DNA of 64,000 bases from positions 3,232,001-3,296,000 of the forward strand of contig CAVVPN010000003.1 of the NCBI GenBank assembly GCA_963750165.1, in the 5' to 3' direction. Under the pieces are notes generated by a model. The model saw only the letters and a list, made by a program, of their open reading frames with translations, was not told the DNA's origin and did not search any database. Every line of letters begins with the position of its first letter. Within the stretch, counting starts at the first letter, position 1. The translations under genes and the position numbers were made by a program. The DNA comes from an uncultured Gemmataceae bacterium. GTDB lineage: Bacteria; Planctomycetota; Planctomycetia; Gemmatales; Gemmataceae. Shown piece after piece: positions 61,676-64,000 of this stretch.

Positions 61676-63592
61676 ATGGGGATTCAGGAAGCGCATCCCG
61701 CGCCCACCGTTCCGGTCAACCCATACGGCATCCGCGGCGGCGACCCCAACGCCCGGACCATCGCGGGCCTGAAATTGCTGCGGACACGCGGCGTACTCAA
61801 CGAGGCCAGCGAGCAGCTGGCCGTCGAAGGTTCCGTGCCGCCGGAGGTGCTGGCACTCATCCCCGGCTCGGTGGCGCGTGAGAACGTCATCATGCCGCTG
61901 CACTTCGATGGCGAAACCATCACCGTCGCCGCCGTCAACCCCAGCGACATCGCGACGGCGGACAAGTTGCGGTTCATTCTCGCCAAGGATGTCAAGCTGG
62001 TGCCCGCCCGGCGCGAGGTCATCCTGGAGATGATCGACCGCCATTACCCCGCCGCCGAAACGGAATCGGTGGACAGCATGTTGCAGGAGTTCACGGATAC
62101 CGCCATCGATTTCGGGAAGAACGAAACCTCCCTGGACCTGGCCGGCAGCCCCATGCGGGAGATGAGGCAAGTCAGTTTGTACGACCGCTTGAGAAACGCC
62201 CGCCGTTCCCTGGGCAAAGGCGTCGTTGAGTTCAAGAAGGGCGTCAAGGGGCTGAAGGATGAGGACGCGGGATTTGAATGCTCCTTGTTGGAAGACCTTG
62301 CGGATGAAGAACCCCTGCTCCCCGGCCAGGACCCCACGCGGCGAATCGGAGGCACCGGCATGTTTCACTACACCGTCGAGGAAGGGCAGCGCGTGCTGAT
62401 GTGGCGGCGCGACGGCACCATGCACATCATCGTCGGCCCGCGGCGCGTCTGGCGCGGCTGGAGCACGTTCCAACCGATGAAGCACTTCGTCGCGCACCCG
62501 GACAAGTTCCTGATGGTCCGCTTCCGCGACGGCCGTCAGGAGCACCTACCCGGACCCGCCGACATCTGGCTGGACCCGCGTATCCACCAGCAGATCACCG
62601 TCGAGGACGCGCTGCCGCTGGCCGCGAAGGAGGCGGTCGTCGTCTACACCAAGGCCCCGGACAGCGCCGCCGTGTCGCGCCGGTTGGTGTTCGGCCCGGC
62701 GCTGTTCGTGCCGCAGCCCGGCGAATGGCTGCACACGTTTTCCTGGCACGCCTCGAAGGGCGGATCGAAGGGAGTGCAGAAGGTGCCCAATGGACTGGTC
62801 TTCCAGAAGCTGTGGCTGATGCCGGACCAGATGTACCATGACGTGACGGACGTGCGCACCGCCGACGACGCGCTGCTGACGATCCGGCTGATGATCTTCT
62901 TCGAGCTGATCGACATCGAGCGGATGCTGGACGCGACGCACGACCCGATTGGCGACTTCGTCAACGCCGCCAGCAGCGATGTGGTCGCGTTCACCGGCCG
63001 TCACGATTTCGAGCGCTTCAAGGGCGTGACGCACCAGTTGAACGACCTGGAGAGCTACCCACAGTTGACCGGCCGGGCGGCGCAGTGCGGCTATCGCATC
63101 AACAAGGTGGTGTATCGCGGTTACGGGGCGGCGGCGTCGCTGCAGGCGATGCACGACCAGGCCATCGAGGCGCGGACGCGGCTGCAGCTGGACCGGGCGA
63201 CCGAGCAGCAGGCGCAGGAGCTGGAGAATTACAAGCTGGACTGTCAGCTGGCCCGCGCCGGCAAGCGGCGGCTGGAGCAGGTGGGCGAGGTGGAGCACGA
63301 CCTGGAGCTGGCCCGCCGGCGCCAGGAGGCGGAACTGCGGCAGCGCGAGGCGCAGATGGCGTTCGTGCGTGAGAAGGCGCGTCAGGACGCGGAGTTGCGG
63401 TTGACGATCCGCCGCGGCCAGGACGCCCAGCAGCGCGAGCACCTGGCGGCGCTGCGCGAGATGAGCGTGGACCTGACCGCGTATCTGACGCAGCATCGCG
63501 CCGACCGCGTGATCGAGCTGCGCGGCACGGCGGCGCCGCACGTCCACCTGGACCAGCTGACGGTCAACGGCAAGGAAGCGGGGAAGGACTGA
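61676..63592 (+). CDS. GspE/PilB N-terminal (MshEN/T2SSE_N-like) domain fused to a major-vault-protein-like/SPFH region with coiled-coil tail
   Basis: LIPGSVARENVIMPL...ITVAAVNPSD..D.LRFIL; repeated xxGP beta-repeats; VRTADDALL...DPIGDF..A..S; long Q/E/R/A helix. Confidence 0.75.
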   Translation: MGIQEAHPAPTVPVNPYGIRGGDPNARTIAGLKLLRTRGVLNEASEQLAVEGSVPPEVLALIPGSVARENVIMPLHFDGETITVAAVNPSDIATADKLRFILAKDVKLVPARREVILEMIDRHYPAAETESVDSMLQEFTDTAIDFGKNETSLDLAGSPMREMRQVSLYDRLRNARRSLGKGVVEFKKGVKGLKDEDAGFECSLLEDLADEEPLLPGQDPTRRIGGTGMFHYTVEEGQRVLMWRRDGTMHIIVGPRRVWRGWSTFQPMKHFVAHPDKFLMVRFRDGRQEHLPGPADIWLDPRIHQQITVEDALPLAAKEAVVVYTKAPDSAAVSRRLVFGPALFVPQPGEWLHTFSWHASKGGSKGVQKVPNGLVFQKLWLMPDQMYHDVTDVRTADDALLTIRLMIFFELIDIERMLDATHDPIGDFVNAASSDVVAFTGRHDFERFKGVTHQLNDLESYPQLTGRAAQCGYRINKVVYRGYGAAASLQAMHDQAIEARTRLQLDRATEQQAQELENYKLDCQLARAGKRRLEQVGEVEHDLELARRRQEAELRQREAQMAFVREKARQDAELRLTIRRGQDAQQREHLAALREMSVDLTAYLTQHRADRVIELRGTAAPHVHLDQLTVNGKEAGKD

Positions 63593-63597
63593 CGACC

Positions 63598-63885
63598 ATG
63601 CCCATCGAAATCAAGTGGACCGACACCGACCCGGACAGCGGCCAGCGCCGCTTCCTGTGCGCCGACAAGTTCGCGGGCGCGTGGCGCTTCAAGTGGAAGT
63701 TGCAGCGCCGCGGCGAATGGACGCGCGGCCTGGAGCCGACGCTGGAAATGTGGGAGCACGTCCTGGACAGCCTGCAGCGCCGCTACCGCCGCCGCGAGGG
63801 CGTCAGCGACGAAGATCTCGCGCAGGTCGAAAAAATCCTCAAAGAGCTGCGCCAGCGCCTCGCCAAGCTGGAAGAGGAAGACTGA
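63598..63885 (+). CDS. Small hypothetical protein, probably co-transcribed with the vault-like gene
   Basis: Starts 5 nt after the upstream stop; typical codon usage. Confidence 0.75.
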   Translation: MPIEIKWTDTDPDSGQRRFLCADKFAGAWRFKWKLQRRGEWTRGLEPTLEMWEHVLDSLQRRYRRREGVSDEDLAQVEKILKELRQRLAKLEEED

Positions 63886-63927
63886 CCTGCCGCCTGCCAC
63901 CGTGCCGCGGCGTTGCCGTCGCGGCCG

Positions 63928-63974
63928 GCGGCGCATTACGAAGTGGTCGGGCCGCCCACCTCGTAATGCGCCGC
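63928..63974. terminator. Stem-loop after the last gene
   Basis: GCGGCGCATTACGA ... TCGTAATGCGCCGC, 14-bp stem. Confidence 0.55.
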
Positions 63975-64000
63975 GGCCATCGGGAGGGGGCGGCTAGCGG

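Noticed and set aside
61750..61810. c-di-GMP-binding MshEN motif in the vault-like fusion
   Set aside because: AGLKLLRTRGVL only loosely resembles RLGxxLxxxG

Overview
High-GC bacterial DNA whose gene content (DUF1549/DUF1553, DUF1501, TIGR03000-type domain, LExRxL N-termini, DUF4214-type tails) points to a planctomycete, probably Gemmataceae-like. In order it holds: the 3' part of a giant repetitive surface protein; a SelA-like enzyme, DUF1549/1553, HMA-like, cytochrome P460-family, methyltransferase and DUF1501 genes with an ISAs1 remnant; a signalling cluster that includes a Ser/Thr kinase-REC-HD-GYP fusion; a general-stress and trehalose/glycogen cluster (treS-mak, treZ, debranching enzyme, HAD-ATPase, treY, glgX) with several sigma54-type promoters; two paralogous DUF4214 proteins; a poly-HAMP hybrid kinase operon; a pseudouridine synthase; and a GspE/PilB-N-domain protein fused to a major-vault-protein-like region. 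About 14 small frameshifts are probably sequencing errors. No rRNA, tRNA or CRISPR array was seen. Most notable: (1) five hairpins built from inverted 7-nt tandem repeats of four different sequences, either in frame in protein loops or exactly at stop/SD/start junctions; (2) the vault-like fusion protein; (3) two dispersed non-coding element families. All family assignments come from motif recognition by eye, not database searches.
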